DNA of 64,000 nucleotides from Spirochaetia bacterium (GTDB lineage: Bacteria > Spirochaetota > Spirochaetia > SP-2023). The notes beneath the pieces are model-generated. The model saw nothing but the letters and a program-made list of their open reading frames with translations. It made no database searches and was not told where the DNA came from. The first letter of the stretch is position 1; each line of letters opens with the position of its first letter. Of this stretch, positions 1 to 10,137 are shown in pieces. The stretch lies in contig CBDDCK010000005.1 in NCBI GenBank assembly GCA_965225855.1, positions 1,856,001 to 1,920,000 of the forward strand. The letters are read 5' to 3'. Position numbers and translations under genes: made by a program.

Positions 1-188
1 AAACGACATTAGCCCAGCAGATTTACCAAAATTTATTAGATATTGAGTTTGAAGGGGCTACGGGCAATTTTATTTTCAATACACAAGGCCAACGCATTGC
101 CAATTATCCTGTTTTTCAATGGACGTCTAGGGAGTTAAAAACTTTGGGCTATTTTTCTGGCTTAAAGGGCCTCTTTATAAATAATTAG
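1..188 (+). CDS. 3' end of a probable type 1 periplasmic-binding (LivJ/ANF-receptor-like) protein, truncated by the window edge
   Basis: Frame from base 3 reads TTLAQQIYQNLLDIEFEGATGNFIFNTQGQRIANYPVFQW...NN*. The FEGATGxFxFxxxGxR motif is typical of the C-terminus of this fold. Stop TAG at 186-188. Confidence 0.5.
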   Translation, partial: TTLAQQIYQNLLDIEFEGATGNFIFNTQGQRIANYPVFQWTSRELKTLGYFSGLKGLFINN

Positions 189-290
189 AGGCCCATATAT
201 TTTATGCTATACGCCGCCCTAAGACTCCACCAAGCCTTCACACCAAAAACCAAACCGTAACCTAATTATGTACTTTTTAAAAGTAACAAT

Positions 291-370
291 TATGGACTAG
301 GTCGGTCCATAGTTATCGACTTGTTGCGTCTATAACTATGGATTGGTTGCTTTGATTGTTTATGGATTTA
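291..370. repeat. Degenerate 23-bp-period tandem array with palindromic units
   Basis: Units TATGGACTAGGTCGGTCCATAGT (291), TATCGACTTGTTGCGTCTATAAC (314), TATGGATTGGTTGCTTTGATTGT (337), then TATGGATT at 361. The first unit is the palindrome TATGGAC-N7-GTCCATA. Confidence 0.55.
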
Positions 371-508
371 TTATGGATTTAGATAATATTCAATGCATTC
401 AATGTCGATTTAATGGGCCTTGACTCAATTCCCCCCTAACACAATAGGTCTCTATGCACTAGCCCGTATGGCTTGGCCAATCTTTATCCATTCTTGGAGG
501 TATTGCTT

Positions 509-913
509 ATGTATAAGCTGAAACTACTTTTATTGCCTGTAGCATTGCTAATGGGCTTTATGGAGTTTTCCTGCGCCCCACCCGATGACGATGATGCGCC
601 ATCTTCTGGGCCGTCTAAGCCGAATATTCGTAACGCCATGTACGATGTTGCTACGGCTCTGTTAACCGTACAAGGCACTAACTTAAGTCCTACAGAAGCG
701 CAAATCCAAACCATCGTAGTAGATGGGGTAGCCTTAAGTTCCTATACTGCAGATGACCCAGCCACTGGGCCAGATAGTAACGGTCTTGAACAAGGTAAGT
801 ACCGTATTAAAAGCGATGGCACAGCGCTTTGGCTTAGACTTACCGATGACGATAAAGCTGTTCTTGAGGCCAAGGTGGGTAGCGATTTCGGCAAGCAAGT
901 TGGTTGGGTTTAA
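509..913 (+). CDS. Truncated lipoprotein with a single incomplete repeat; paralog of 45464..48475 (possible pseudogene)
   Basis: GGAGG at 496-500 precedes ATG 509. Signal peptide ends FSC-APPDDDD. Collinear with repeat 1 of the large lipoprotein (TALLTVQGTxLSPTEAQIQTIVV...GKYRI..DGT.LWL.LTD) but stops about 20 aa before the repeat end. Confidence 0.8.
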   Translation: MYKLKLLLLPVALLMGFMEFSCAPPDDDDAPSSGPSKPNIRNAMYDVATALLTVQGTNLSPTEAQIQTIVVDGVALSSYTADDPATGPDSNGLEQGKYRIKSDGTALWLRLTDDDKAVLEAKVGSDFGKQVGWV

Positions 914-934
914 GCCAACTTGCTTGCCTTTTTT
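890..934 (+). terminator. Rho-independent terminator overlapping the end of the truncated lipoprotein
   Basis: Perfect 14-bp inverted repeat GGCAAGCAAGTTGG (890-903) / CCAACTTGCTTGCC (915-928) followed by T6. Confidence 0.8.
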
Positions 935-1217
935 GTTGGGGGTAACTATGGCTAATAATCCACTACCAGCTTGGTAGTGGATTGCGGCTAGCTTGGTAGT
1001 GGTATAATTTTGGCTATGGGTTGTTTAGGTGTGGTAAAACTAGGGTGTGAATGCTTCGATTCTACAGTTGGGCCACCAATACTAGTAGTAACTAACTACC
1101 AAGCTAATTGAGAGTAGGTTTAAGTTGAACCCAAAAAATAACCATACTGTACTTGACCTTTCATAAGAACTTATAAATAATGCCAGCTTATCATCTTCTA
1201 TTATAAGTAGGTTTTCT

Positions 1218-2615
1218 ATGCAAGCATTCTTATTTACGGCCTTAGGGTATTTTGTCCTACCCATTGCTACCTTGTACTCTTGCCTTGCCAGTATTTATTT
1301 GCTGGACTTTAGCGACCCAGAGTTTTGGCCCTATGTTGCCTTATGGACACCCGGTATATTCCTATACTACATCTACATAGGCCAGCTCATCATAGGCCAG
1401 CGCCTACCGTTTTTAGACCGCATCTGGGGCTTCCCCAACATAATACGAAAACACAAAGGCATGTTTAGCAGACTATTCTTACTAGGGCTAATTATGCATT
1501 CGCTAAGCTACTTGTACAAATACGGCATAGCAAAGCTCATACTCAAACCCGATAGTGGTATGATAGCCGTATATATAGCTGTTGCCGGCTCTATTGCCCT
1601 AATGTTCATCGCAGTCAAAGTATGGCTGAAACCCCAACCGCGCCATGGCCAAGCCACTCGCTATGCTGCCGACTATGCCAAAATGCATAGGTTACACCAG
1701 CTTTTCTACCTACTAGCCATCGGCGTTTGGTATCATGTAGCAAGCTCGGGAGCCTTTCAAGAAAACGGGCTCGGTAGAACCTTGGTAACCGCCTATCTAC
1801 TGTTTGCCTTATCCTGCAAACTATACATGCTAATACGGGCCCGCCAAGCCCCGGTATACCGCTTACAACAGCTAGAAGTTTTGCATGAAAACTTTGTGCG
1901 CTTGCGCTTGCACACCAGCCACACAGGGCCACAAGTACAAGCTTTGCATCACCATAAAGCCGGGCAATACGCCTACTTTTCCTTTGCCATCAAAGACCAA
2001 ACGGGCACTTATTGGGAACAACACCCTTTTTCCTTTGCCAGCCTTGCCTCGCAAGGCTCTAATCAAGATTCTTCAACCCTAACTATAGTGGTTAAAAAAC
2101 TGGGGGACTTTACCGCCAAGCTGCGCGAATTACCTGTAGGTGAATCTGGTACTGAAGTAAAAGTACTAGGCCCCTATGGCAAATTTGGCGTTAGCGCTCA
2201 CACTACTTATGCCGATGGGTTGTACTTGGTCGCTGCAGGCATAGGCATTACCCCATTCCTTTCCGTATTAGAAAAACAGGCTTTTGAGGCCGAATCACAA
2301 GCCCAAACAAAGCCAACACAAACTAGCCCCCTAATGCTTCATTGGTTTGTCCGCGAAGAAAGTGAGCTTGTGTTTGAAGACCGCTTCCAATACTTCTGCC
2401 AGAGACTGCCAAACCTGCAAGTGCAAACTTATGTCGGGCAATCCCTTTCCGAAAGCATATTAGAGCAAGTGCTGTCTTCTATCCCTATTAACGGCAAACC
2501 CAAGCTAGGGGTGCTATACTGTGGCCCCGATGCGGTAGGCCCTATCGTACGCAAAGTGATGGGCCGCTTAGGTATACCCCAGCGCAACTTCCACACCGAA
2601 TTATTTACCATGTAG
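1218..2615 (+). CDS. Ferric-reductase-like transmembrane domain fused to an FAD/NAD(P)-binding FNR domain
   Basis: Hydrophobic N-half with paired His residues (RKH..MH, LH..YH). C-half has GQY, HPFS, GDFT, GPYG, AGIGITPF, YCGP and a terminal ExF. Confidence 0.85.
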   Translation: MQAFLFTALGYFVLPIATLYSCLASIYLLDFSDPEFWPYVALWTPGIFLYYIYIGQLIIGQRLPFLDRIWGFPNIIRKHKGMFSRLFLLGLIMHSLSYLYKYGIAKLILKPDSGMIAVYIAVAGSIALMFIAVKVWLKPQPRHGQATRYAADYAKMHRLHQLFYLLAIGVWYHVASSGAFQENGLGRTLVTAYLLFALSCKLYMLIRARQAPVYRLQQLEVLHENFVRLRLHTSHTGPQVQALHHHKAGQYAYFSFAIKDQTGTYWEQHPFSFASLASQGSNQDSSTLTIVVKKLGDFTAKLRELPVGESGTEVKVLGPYGKFGVSAHTTYADGLYLVAAGIGITPFLSVLEKQAFEAESQAQTKPTQTSPLMLHWFVREESELVFEDRFQYFCQRLPNLQVQTYVGQSLSESILEQVLSSIPINGKPKLGVLYCGPDAVGPIVRKVMGRLGIPQRNFHTELFTM

Positions 2616-2751
2616 CTTGACATATACCAGCCCTTACTGCAATAGTATTGACTATCACTTGTTGTTTAACAGCTAAGCTTTGTTGTCCGCAAGTTTGTGC
2701 AAGAGCATCTTTAACGTGCTTTCTTGTAATTGACCTTTAAGGGAATCAGCT

Positions 2752-3630
2752 ATGGATCACTTAACCAAATTGGAGTCCCAGTCGGTATATATCTTTCGGG
2801 AAGCCTACCGCAAATTCAGCAATCTAGCTATGCTTTGGTCTATTGGCAAAGACTCTACTGTGTTGCTGTGGTTGGCACGCAAGGCCTTTTTCGGCCATGT
2901 GCCCATACCGCTGATACACATTGACACATCGTATAAAATCCCAGAAATGATTGAGTACCGCGACCGCCTAGCCTTGGAGTGGAAGCTCAATATGATTTAT
3001 GGCCAAAACCACCAAGCTTTGGCAGCCAAGCAAACCTATCCAGATGGTGCACTTTCGCGCATAGATTGCTGTAAGGCCCTAAAGTCCGAAGCCCTCAAAC
3101 ATACACTCTCTGGCGAGTGGATGCGTTTGCGCTTAGACCACGCCCAAGGCAAGTATATAGAAGATCTAAACCGTGAACCCTATACCGGCGTTATCGTTGG
3201 TGTCCGTGCGGACGAAGAAGGCAGCCGTTCCAAAGAACGCTACTTTTCCCCGCGCAATGAGCACAATGACTGGAATGTAGATGACCAACCTCCCGAGCTG
3301 TGGGATCAATTCAAGACAGACTTTGCACCCGGTACCCACTTACGCATTCACCCTCTCCTAGATTGGACGGAACTGAATATTTGGGAATACATTGAGCGTG
3401 AGAGTATCCCCACCGTTAGCCTATACTATAACCAAGGTAGCGGTAAACGCTACCGTTCGCTGGGCTGCTACCCTTGTACTAATACCGTGGAATCCCAAGC
3501 TTGCAACCCCAAACAGATTATAGAAGAGCTGAAGACTGGTAAGTTTGTCCAGATTGCCGAACGCTCTGGTCGAGCCCAAGATCAAGAAGGGGGTGGCTTG
3601 GAAACCTTGCGCCGCGATGGCTATATGTGA
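2752..3630 (+). CDS. cysD: Sulfate adenylyltransferase subunit 2
   Basis: [10 protein letters not shown]-loop, [36 protein letters not shown] motifs. Confidence 0.95.
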   Translation: MDHLTKLESQSVYIFREAYRKFSNLAMLWSIGKDSTVLLWLARKAFFGHVPIPLIHIDTSYKIPEMIEYRDRLALEWKLNMIYGQNHQALAAKQTYPDGALSRIDCCKALKSEALKHTLSGEWMRLRLDHAQGKYIEDLNREPYTGVIVGVRADEEGSRSKERYFSPRNEHNDWNVDDQPPELWDQFKTDFAPGTHLRIHPLLDWTELNIWEYIERESIPTVSLYYNQGSGKRYRSLGCYPCTNTVESQACNPKQIIEELKTGKFVQIAERSGRAQDQEGGGLETLRRDGYM

Positions 3631-3649
3631 GATACACTGATGAATAATA

Positions 3650-5491
3650 ATGGATATACAAGAATTACAATATCGAGAACAATTTAACGTAGTGGTCGTT
3701 GGCCATGTAGATCACGGCAAGAGTACGGTGATTGGCCGCCTACTAGTAGATACCGGTGCACTGCCCGAAGGGAAGTTAGAGCAAGTGCAAATAACATGCC
3801 AACGCAACGCCAAGCCATTCGAGTATGCTTTTTTGTTAGATGCTTTACACAATGAACAAAGCCAAGGCATTACGATTGATACCGCCCGTTGTTTTTTTAA
3901 GTCCGCAGCAAGAGACTATATTATTATTGACGCCCCCGGCCATATCGAGTTCTTAAAGAATATGGTTACTGGTGCTGCACGCGCCGAAGCTGCCATTCTC
4001 GTAATTGATGCCAAGGAAGGAGTGCAGGAAAACTCGCGCAGGCACGGCTATATGTTGAGTATGCTAGGTATTCAACAAGTGGTGGTACTAGTCAATAAAA
4101 TGGACTTGATTGACTATGAGCAAAAGCCCTTTGAAGAGATTTGCATTGAATACCGTGCCTTTTTACAACAGATAAGGATTGAGCCACGCACGTTCTTACC
4201 TGTGTCTGCCTTCTTTGGAGAGAACCTTTGCCAAATCTCTAGCAAAATGCCGTGGTTTGCTGGTGGTAATCTGCTTAGTGTGATGGACAGCCTGACAAAA
4301 GAGCTGTCGCTTAGTGCCAAACCATTGCGCTTCCCTGTGCAAGATGTTTATAAGTTTACCGCAAGGGGCGATGATCGGCGTATCTGTGCTGGGCGGGTGG
4401 AAACGGGCCAAGTTCGCAAGGGGGATAAAGTGGTGTTTTATCCATCGGGAAAGCGAGCGGTAATTGCCAGTATTGAGGAATTTAATGTAGCGGAGCAGCA
4501 ATCGGTGGAAGCAGGGCGTTCGGTTGGCTTTACCTTACAGCCAGAAATTTATGTTAAGCAGGGCGAGCTAATGGTGCATGATGGGGCTAACCAGCAGTTG
4601 GGCCACCCCATCGTGAGTACAAAAATGCGCGTCAACCTTTTCTGGCTAGGCCGTAAGCCCATGGTTTCTGCCAAGAAATATAAGCTAAAGGTGGCCACTG
4701 CTGAGCATTCGGTCTATTTGCAAACGGTGTACAAAGTGCTCGATGCTTCAGAATTGAGTTCAGTGCAAGGGAAACAGCAAATTGACTTGCACGATGTGGC
4801 CGATTGTGTGCTGGAATCCCTTAGTCCTGTAGCCTTTGATACCGTGCAGCAAGTGGCCCAAACAGGCCGTTTTGTGATAGTCGATGGCTATGATATTGCT
4901 GGAGGTGGTATTATTCTATCTTCAGTAGAACAGGGCGAAAGCTTGCTGGAGCGCCATATCCACCAGCGGGAGGCCTTTTGGCAGCGTAGCAAGCTAAACC
5001 CAACCATGCGTGTCCAGTGTTATAAACAGCAGCCTAGCTTGATCATTATTAGTTGTGAAGGCTTTGGTGAACATGGTTGCGAGGGCCTTAACTCAACCGA
5101 AGAGCTGCCCTTAGCCCACCAATATGCTGGGTTGTTGGAACAGCAGCTAGTCCAGCAAGGCCATTACGCCTACTATTTGAGCCTTGGCAATATGGGGCTA
5201 AGCAATCAACAAGCCGAGCGCAGCGAGAGCCTGCAGCATTTGGGGGGAATGGCCCACATGTTTTGCCATGCTGGGGGTATTTTCATTACCGCATTGACTA
5301 GTTTAGGGCAAGCTGAATACCAGCTATTGGCCAGTCTCAATGCCCCTTACCGTCAGGCTGTGGTACAAATTGGCCCAGGCTACTTGAGCGATGATTCTGT
5401 ACAATTGAATTTAGATGCCGAACTGGCCACCGAAGAAGGGCTAAGACGCTTAAGACAAATGCTTTTGGCACAGGGCATTTTATTCGATTGA
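3650..5491 (+). CDS. cysN: Sulfate adenylyltransferase GTPase subunit with a degenerate C-terminal APS-kinase-like extension
   Basis: [23 protein letters not shown] and TGRFVIVD motifs; directly follows cysD. The C-terminal ~180 aa lack a recognisable kinase P-loop. Confidence 0.92.
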   Translation: MDIQELQYREQFNVVVVGHVDHGKSTVIGRLLVDTGALPEGKLEQVQITCQRNAKPFEYAFLLDALHNEQSQGITIDTARCFFKSAARDYIIIDAPGHIEFLKNMVTGAARAEAAILVIDAKEGVQENSRRHGYMLSMLGIQQVVVLVNKMDLIDYEQKPFEEICIEYRAFLQQIRIEPRTFLPVSAFFGENLCQISSKMPWFAGGNLLSVMDSLTKELSLSAKPLRFPVQDVYKFTARGDDRRICAGRVETGQVRKGDKVVFYPSGKRAVIASIEEFNVAEQQSVEAGRSVGFTLQPEIYVKQGELMVHDGANQQLGHPIVSTKMRVNLFWLGRKPMVSAKKYKLKVATAEHSVYLQTVYKVLDASELSSVQGKQQIDLHDVADCVLESLSPVAFDTVQQVAQTGRFVIVDGYDIAGGGIILSSVEQGESLLERHIHQREAFWQRSKLNPTMRVQCYKQQPSLIIISCEGFGEHGCEGLNSTEELPLAHQYAGLLEQQLVQQGHYAYYLSLGNMGLSNQQAERSESLQHLGGMAHMFCHAGGIFITALTSLGQAEYQLLASLNAPYRQAVVQIGPGYLSDDSVQLNLDAELATEEGLRRLRQMLLAQGILFD

Positions 5492-6051
5492 GCCTAGAGC
5501 TACATCCTTTCCCTACTACAATCGATAAAATACAGCTGTACTACTTTTGCCTAGCTCGTCCTATACCAATAGAGCTATACTGTGTAATACAGATTATTCG
5601 ATAGCCAACCAATAGATAACATATTTAAAAACAGGTTGAATCATATTTATCATAAACAGTGAGGTTTGATGGTAATCCTAAAAGTACCTATCTTGTGGTT
5701 CGTAAATAAAGGTGCTTATAGGACTACAAGAGATTGTATTATGGCCCTAACTAGGAATAGCTTTAAAAACAGCCAAGGATTTTGGTCTATAACGTTAATA
5801 TTTTCTATGTATATCGAAGATAGGTATCTCTACTATATAGCCTTTTATCATCATGGTAGGCCGTATGGATTATTGGGATTAAGGCAAACTTAGATTGGTT
5901 GGCCGGCCTAGATGAGCACCATAAGCAGAGCTATCCTTAAAGCAGAAGACTCTCAAGCTCTTTTAGACTTTTAAAACTAATTATCGAAACTATATCGATA
6001 ATGCAGAGATGGATTTTGTTATAAACTGCACCCTTTATGCAGGACTAGGGC

Positions 6052-6080
6052 TTGCAAGAAAACTAGATAGCCTGTATAAC
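6052..6080 (+). promoter_or_regulatory. Sigma70-type promoter, probably giving a leaderless kamA transcript
   Basis: TTGCAA-N17-TATAAC; ATG 6088 lies 7 nt downstream with no Shine-Dalgarno sequence. Confidence 0.55.
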
Positions 6081-6087
6081 TTGGGCT

Positions 6088-7284
6088 ATGCTTGAGCCAA
6101 ATCCAACAAAACCAATCAGTGATGGCCCTATTGGCCAGAACATGTGCCCGAAGTCGGGCCAACCTTTGGGCACAGCTTACCAGTTACGCCAGCAGCGCAT
6201 TATCCACGACCCTAAGGAGCTACCTTGGCCTTTGAGCACTCAAGAACAAGCCTACTTTGCTTCCAATGACCTTGGGGGCCGGCTGCCTTTTGCAGTTAGT
6301 AGCCACTATCTCTCACTAGTGCAAGGTGGGGAAGATGACCCGGTGCGCCGCCAAATTGTACCCCGTGCCGAAGAACTGCAGCATATCAGCTATGAGTTGC
6401 AAGACCCTCTGGGCGAAGACCATTATTCGCATAACAGCCAGTATGGCCGGCCAGAGGACAGTCTTAACCCAATGGGGGCGGCCCAATCACGCATGGTGCA
6501 CTGCTATCCATCTCGCTTGCTAGTGTTGGTGGGCGATAGCTGTGCCACTTATTGTCGTCATTGTTTTCGCCGCCGTTTCAGTGGCCAAAATGCTGGTACC
6601 CTACAATACGGCCATTTGCGCAGCATTAGTAGTTACTTGGAACAACATTCGGAAATTCGTGAAATATTACTTACCGGCGGCGATGCCCTAATGATGAACA
6701 CTCATCACCTAGACGGCATTCTGCGGGAGCTACGGCGGGTTCGCCCCGATATAGTCTTTCGTGTGGCGAGCCGCTTGCCGGTAGTGCTACCCCAGCGCTT
6801 TGAACCACAGCTACTACAAGTGCTGAGCCAATACCAGCCACTATGGCTGATCACACACTTTAACCATGTGCAGGAAATCAATGAAGTTACGCGCTATTTT
6901 CTCGGCCAGATTGTCGATAGCGGCATGCCTGTATTAAACCAATCGGTACTGCTGCGTGGGATCAACGATTGTGCTGAAACTTTGGTAGCATTGTTTGAAG
7001 AGCTGGTGCGCCTGCGCTTAAAACCTTATTATCTATTCCAAGGTGATCTTGCCGAAGGAACGGCTCATTTGCGTGTATCTCTTTCGCGTTCATGGGCTAT
7101 TGTTAAGGAATTGCGCCAAAAGCTTTCGGGCATAGCCATGCCACAGTTTGCCGTAGATTTGCCGGGTGGCGGTGGCAAAATACCTTTAACGGAAAACTAC
7201 CTAGTTGGTGAGGAAAAGGAATTTTGGCTATTTCAATCTTTGCAAGGCCAGCTCTACCGCTACCCAAAAGAAGAGGCTCTATAG
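6088..7284 (+). CDS. KamA family radical SAM protein (lysine 2,3-aminomutase-like)
   Basis: DPLGED, HxYP, CATYCRHCFRR, ILLTGGD, HFNH, NQSVLLRGIND, PYYL and DLPGGGGK motifs. Confidence 0.92.
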   Translation: MLEPNPTKPISDGPIGQNMCPKSGQPLGTAYQLRQQRIIHDPKELPWPLSTQEQAYFASNDLGGRLPFAVSSHYLSLVQGGEDDPVRRQIVPRAEELQHISYELQDPLGEDHYSHNSQYGRPEDSLNPMGAAQSRMVHCYPSRLLVLVGDSCATYCRHCFRRRFSGQNAGTLQYGHLRSISSYLEQHSEIREILLTGGDALMMNTHHLDGILRELRRVRPDIVFRVASRLPVVLPQRFEPQLLQVLSQYQPLWLITHFNHVQEINEVTRYFLGQIVDSGMPVLNQSVLLRGINDCAETLVALFEELVRLRLKPYYLFQGDLAEGTAHLRVSLSRSWAIVKELRQKLSGIAMPQFAVDLPGGGGKIPLTENYLVGEEKEFWLFQSLQGQLYRYPKEEAL

Positions 7285-7473
7285 CACAAAGAGCAAATAT
7301 ACTTAATAAAGCATTTCAACTTTTTATTATCAATATTCTTATTGATTGCAATAATAGTTTAATTTTTATACGATGCTTGGCGTTACTTGGCATTGCCGGG
7401 CAATCTTGTCTAAATATTTTCTTTAGGTAGACTCTTTGACTAGACAATTGCAAATACCATAAGGAAATGAGTT

Positions 7474-7983
7474 GTGTTACCTCAAATACTCTATCGCAAT
7501 AACGCATTAATTCTTCAAGACAAAGAGGTTCCTGAAAAAATATTGGAGCGCTTATTAGATGCGGGGAGGCTCAGTCCATCTATCAAAAATCGCCAGCCGT
7601 GGCGTTTTATCGCCATAACTGATATTCAAAAAAAATTAGCTTTAGAAAAAGCTTGTTATGGTGATACTCGCTGTAAAAAAGGGGCTTTGATTGCGGTTTG
7701 TAATGCCAATGCTGACTATAAAATGCCCAATGGTTTTTCAGCAAATTTATTTGATTTAGGGCTTGCTTGTGGGCAAATCATGTTGCAAGCAGAGCAAGAT
7801 AATCTGGCAGCAGAAATACTAACATCTTTTTCACAAGAAGAAGCTGGCCGAATTTTAACATTGCCTTTTGGTGTGTTTGTTGCTGCAATTGTATTATTAG
7901 GTTATCCCATAGAGCTGGAAAAATATGATATGCGCAGTAAGCGTCATCCGCCAGAGCGTACGATTAACTATAATTCTTGGTAA
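7474..7983 (+). CDS. Nitroreductase family protein
   Basis: LLDAGRLSPSxxNRQPWRF, D.GLA..QIML.A and LGYP motifs. GTG start is uncertain. Confidence 0.85.
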   Translation: MLPQILYRNNALILQDKEVPEKILERLLDAGRLSPSIKNRQPWRFIAITDIQKKLALEKACYGDTRCKKGALIAVCNANADYKMPNGFSANLFDLGLACGQIMLQAEQDNLAAEILTSFSQEEAGRILTLPFGVFVAAIVLLGYPIELEKYDMRSKRHPPERTINYNSW

Positions 7984-8087
7984 ATTTGGCAAACTTGAAG
8001 TTTTACTTTTTCAAAAACCTTTTATGATTTTTATAAATATTTCTTAATGTTATATTTTGATTTTTAACTATTATGTCGGAGGACAAT

Positions 8088-9326
8088 ATGCGAGTTGGCA
8101 TTGAAATAATTAACCTCTACGGTGGAGCTATGTCGCTAGATATGCGTGCATTGGCACAAGCACGTGGCAAAGACCCTGACAAAGATGTTTCTGAGTTACT
8201 CATCAATCGTAGAACTCTTCTTCCCCCATGGGAAGATATTATCACCATTGCTGCCAATGCAGCTAAACCAATCATCAGTCCAGAAATTGCTGAAAAGATT
8301 GGCTTATTTATTGTCGGGACAGAAGGCTCTACAGACTTTGGCAAACCGATTAGTACGAATTTACATGAAGCATTAGGTCTGCCTTCCAATGTGCGAAATT
8401 TTGAAACAAAGCATGCTTGTTTTTCCGGCATGGCTGGGCTAGACAGTGCGATCGATTGGGTTTCGGCAGGCTATAATCAAGATCGCAAAGCGTTGGTAAT
8501 AGCTGCGGACTTCAGCCGTATGCATATGAATACCAAGCAGGAATTTGTAATGGGTGGTGTGGCTACCGCCATGGTAATCAGCAACCAGCCTGAAATTATT
8601 GAGTTTGAATTAGGCAAACGCGGTAACTGGACAACCAACATTTATGATACTTATCGGCCTACGGCCCGTGATGAAATGGGCAACAATGAAACCAGCCTTT
8701 TTACTTATATTGATGCGTTAGATGGTGCTTATAATGACTATCTAAAAATTGTGGAAAAAATGGGTGAGCAGATTGATTTTAATACCTATTTCAAAAAATT
8801 TGTTTTTCATACGCCGTTTGCCGGCATGGCCTTTCAGGCCTTTCGTTCTTTAAATAGCATCGCTAGCAGTGGCAGAAAAAAAGCTGAATTACGGACTGAT
8901 TTTGAGACCAAAGTTTTACCTGCGCTGCGCATCTCGCGTTTGGTTGGCAGTTGCTATGCTTCCAGTAACTATGCTGGGGTTGTTAGTTTGATTTTAGAGC
9001 GTGATGATTTGAAGCCGGGCGACCGCATTGGTTTTTATGCTTATGGTTCTGGTGCTATTGGGGAATTTTACAGTGCTAAGGTTTGCGCTGGTGCGAAGAA
9101 AAGATTGCAGCAATTGCAAATTATTGAAAATCTAAAGAATCGCTATGATGCTAGCGTTAACGAGTATGAAGAGAATGAGAATTTGCGTGATTCTTATGTA
9201 GAGAAAGCAGACTTTGAGACCGATCTATCGAAGCCTGCGGGGGTTTACGATAGATTTTATCGTGGTCAAGATTTGTACGTTTTAAAAAGTGTGAAAGACT
9301 ATCAGCGCAAATATGAATGGAGCTGA
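8088..9326 (+). CDS. HMG-CoA synthase family protein, PksG-like 3-hydroxy-3-methylglutaryl-ACP synthase
   Basis: NLYGG..LD, NAAKPII, E..DFGKPIST..H..LGL..N.R.FETKHACFSG.AG, FHTPF.GM and YGSG match the polyketide beta-branching HCS clade. GGAGG precedes ATG 8088. Confidence 0.85.
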   Translation: MRVGIEIINLYGGAMSLDMRALAQARGKDPDKDVSELLINRRTLLPPWEDIITIAANAAKPIISPEIAEKIGLFIVGTEGSTDFGKPISTNLHEALGLPSNVRNFETKHACFSGMAGLDSAIDWVSAGYNQDRKALVIAADFSRMHMNTKQEFVMGGVATAMVISNQPEIIEFELGKRGNWTTNIYDTYRPTARDEMGNNETSLFTYIDALDGAYNDYLKIVEKMGEQIDFNTYFKKFVFHTPFAGMAFQAFRSLNSIASSGRKKAELRTDFETKVLPALRISRLVGSCYASSNYAGVVSLILERDDLKPGDRIGFYAYGSGAIGEFYSAKVCAGAKKRLQQLQIIENLKNRYDASVNEYEENENLRDSYVEKADFETDLSKPAGVYDRFYRGQDLYVLKSVKDYQRKYEWS

Positions 9327-10137
9327 ATGTTGTTTATTGCCGTTAGTTTCGGCCCCTAGTGTAAAGGATAAAGCAGAAGCTGGCTTTTTGGGCTTAATCA
9401 CGCTTAGCGACCCAAGTAAAAACGGCAATGCCCTAAATGTTGCATTATTGCAGGGCTTAATCCAGCAGTTGCATCAATGGCAAGCACAAAATGTAAGGGC
9501 CGTTATTTTGCGTTCTTCCAGTGTTATTGCGTTTTCAGTGGGTATGGATTTTGAGCTATTCCAAAGCCGTAGCTCTACAGGCAAAGAGGCCGCATCATTG
9601 TACCGCTGCTGTTTGGATTGTGTTTACCGATTCCCTGCTCCTGTGTTTTGTATATTGGAGAAACCTGCCCGCGCAGGAGGTGTTGGTTTGGTTATGGCAG
9701 CGGACTTAGTGATTGCTAAAGCAGAAGCTAGCCTTACTTTAGGTGAGGCACTATTTGGTTTGATTCCTGCCAATGTTATGCCGTATTTGCGTAAGCGGCT
9801 TAGTGAGAGAAAGGCCAATCAGTTGGTATTGTTAGCCGAAGATATTTGTGGCGATACTTTGCTTGAATGGGGACTAGTGGATTTTGTAACTGATGAGGTA
9901 GAAAAAACGTTGCGAAAGCTACTGCGCAGTATATTGCGTTGCAGCCCTGTAGCTTTAGCTCTGCAAAAGACCTTTAGCCGAGATATGTCATACAAATCTT
10001 TTAATGAACAGCAAAATATGGCTGAAGAAACTCTGGCAGCTTTTTTAAAAGATTCGGGAGTTTCAATGGCAATTTCTGCCTTCTTAGAAGGCAATTTAGG
10101 TCCTTGGAATGCTAAGCTACCTAAAGGTCTATTATAA
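9313..10137 (+). CDS. Enoyl-CoA hydratase/crotonase family protein, PksH (ECH1)-like
   Basis: NAL, F.VGMDF, GGVGLV.AADLVIA and L.E.LFGLIPA.V.PYL motifs; overlaps the stop of the HCS gene. Confidence 0.82.
   Translation: MNGAECCLLPLVSAPSVKDKAEAGFLGLITLSDPSKNGNALNVALLQGLIQQLHQWQAQNVRAVILRSSSVIAFSVGMDFELFQSRSSTGKEAASLYRCCLDCVYRFPAPVFCILEKPARAGGVGLVMAADLVIAKAEASLTLGEALFGLIPANVMPYLRKRLSERKANQLVLLAEDICGDTLLEWGLVDFVTDEVEKTLRKLLRSILRCSPVALALQKTFSRDMSYKSFNEQQNMAEETLAAFLKDSGVSMAISAFLEGNLGPWNAKLPKGLL

Noticed and set aside
5666..5893. 75-aa ORF between cysN and kamA
   Set aside because: No recognisable motif and atypical composition; cannot be supported.
8088..9326. Mevalonate-pathway MvaS
   Set aside because: Motifs fit the PksG clade, the neighbour is a PksH-like crotonase rather than HMG-CoA reductase or a kinase, and dxs is present. 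Not fully excluded without a phylogeny.
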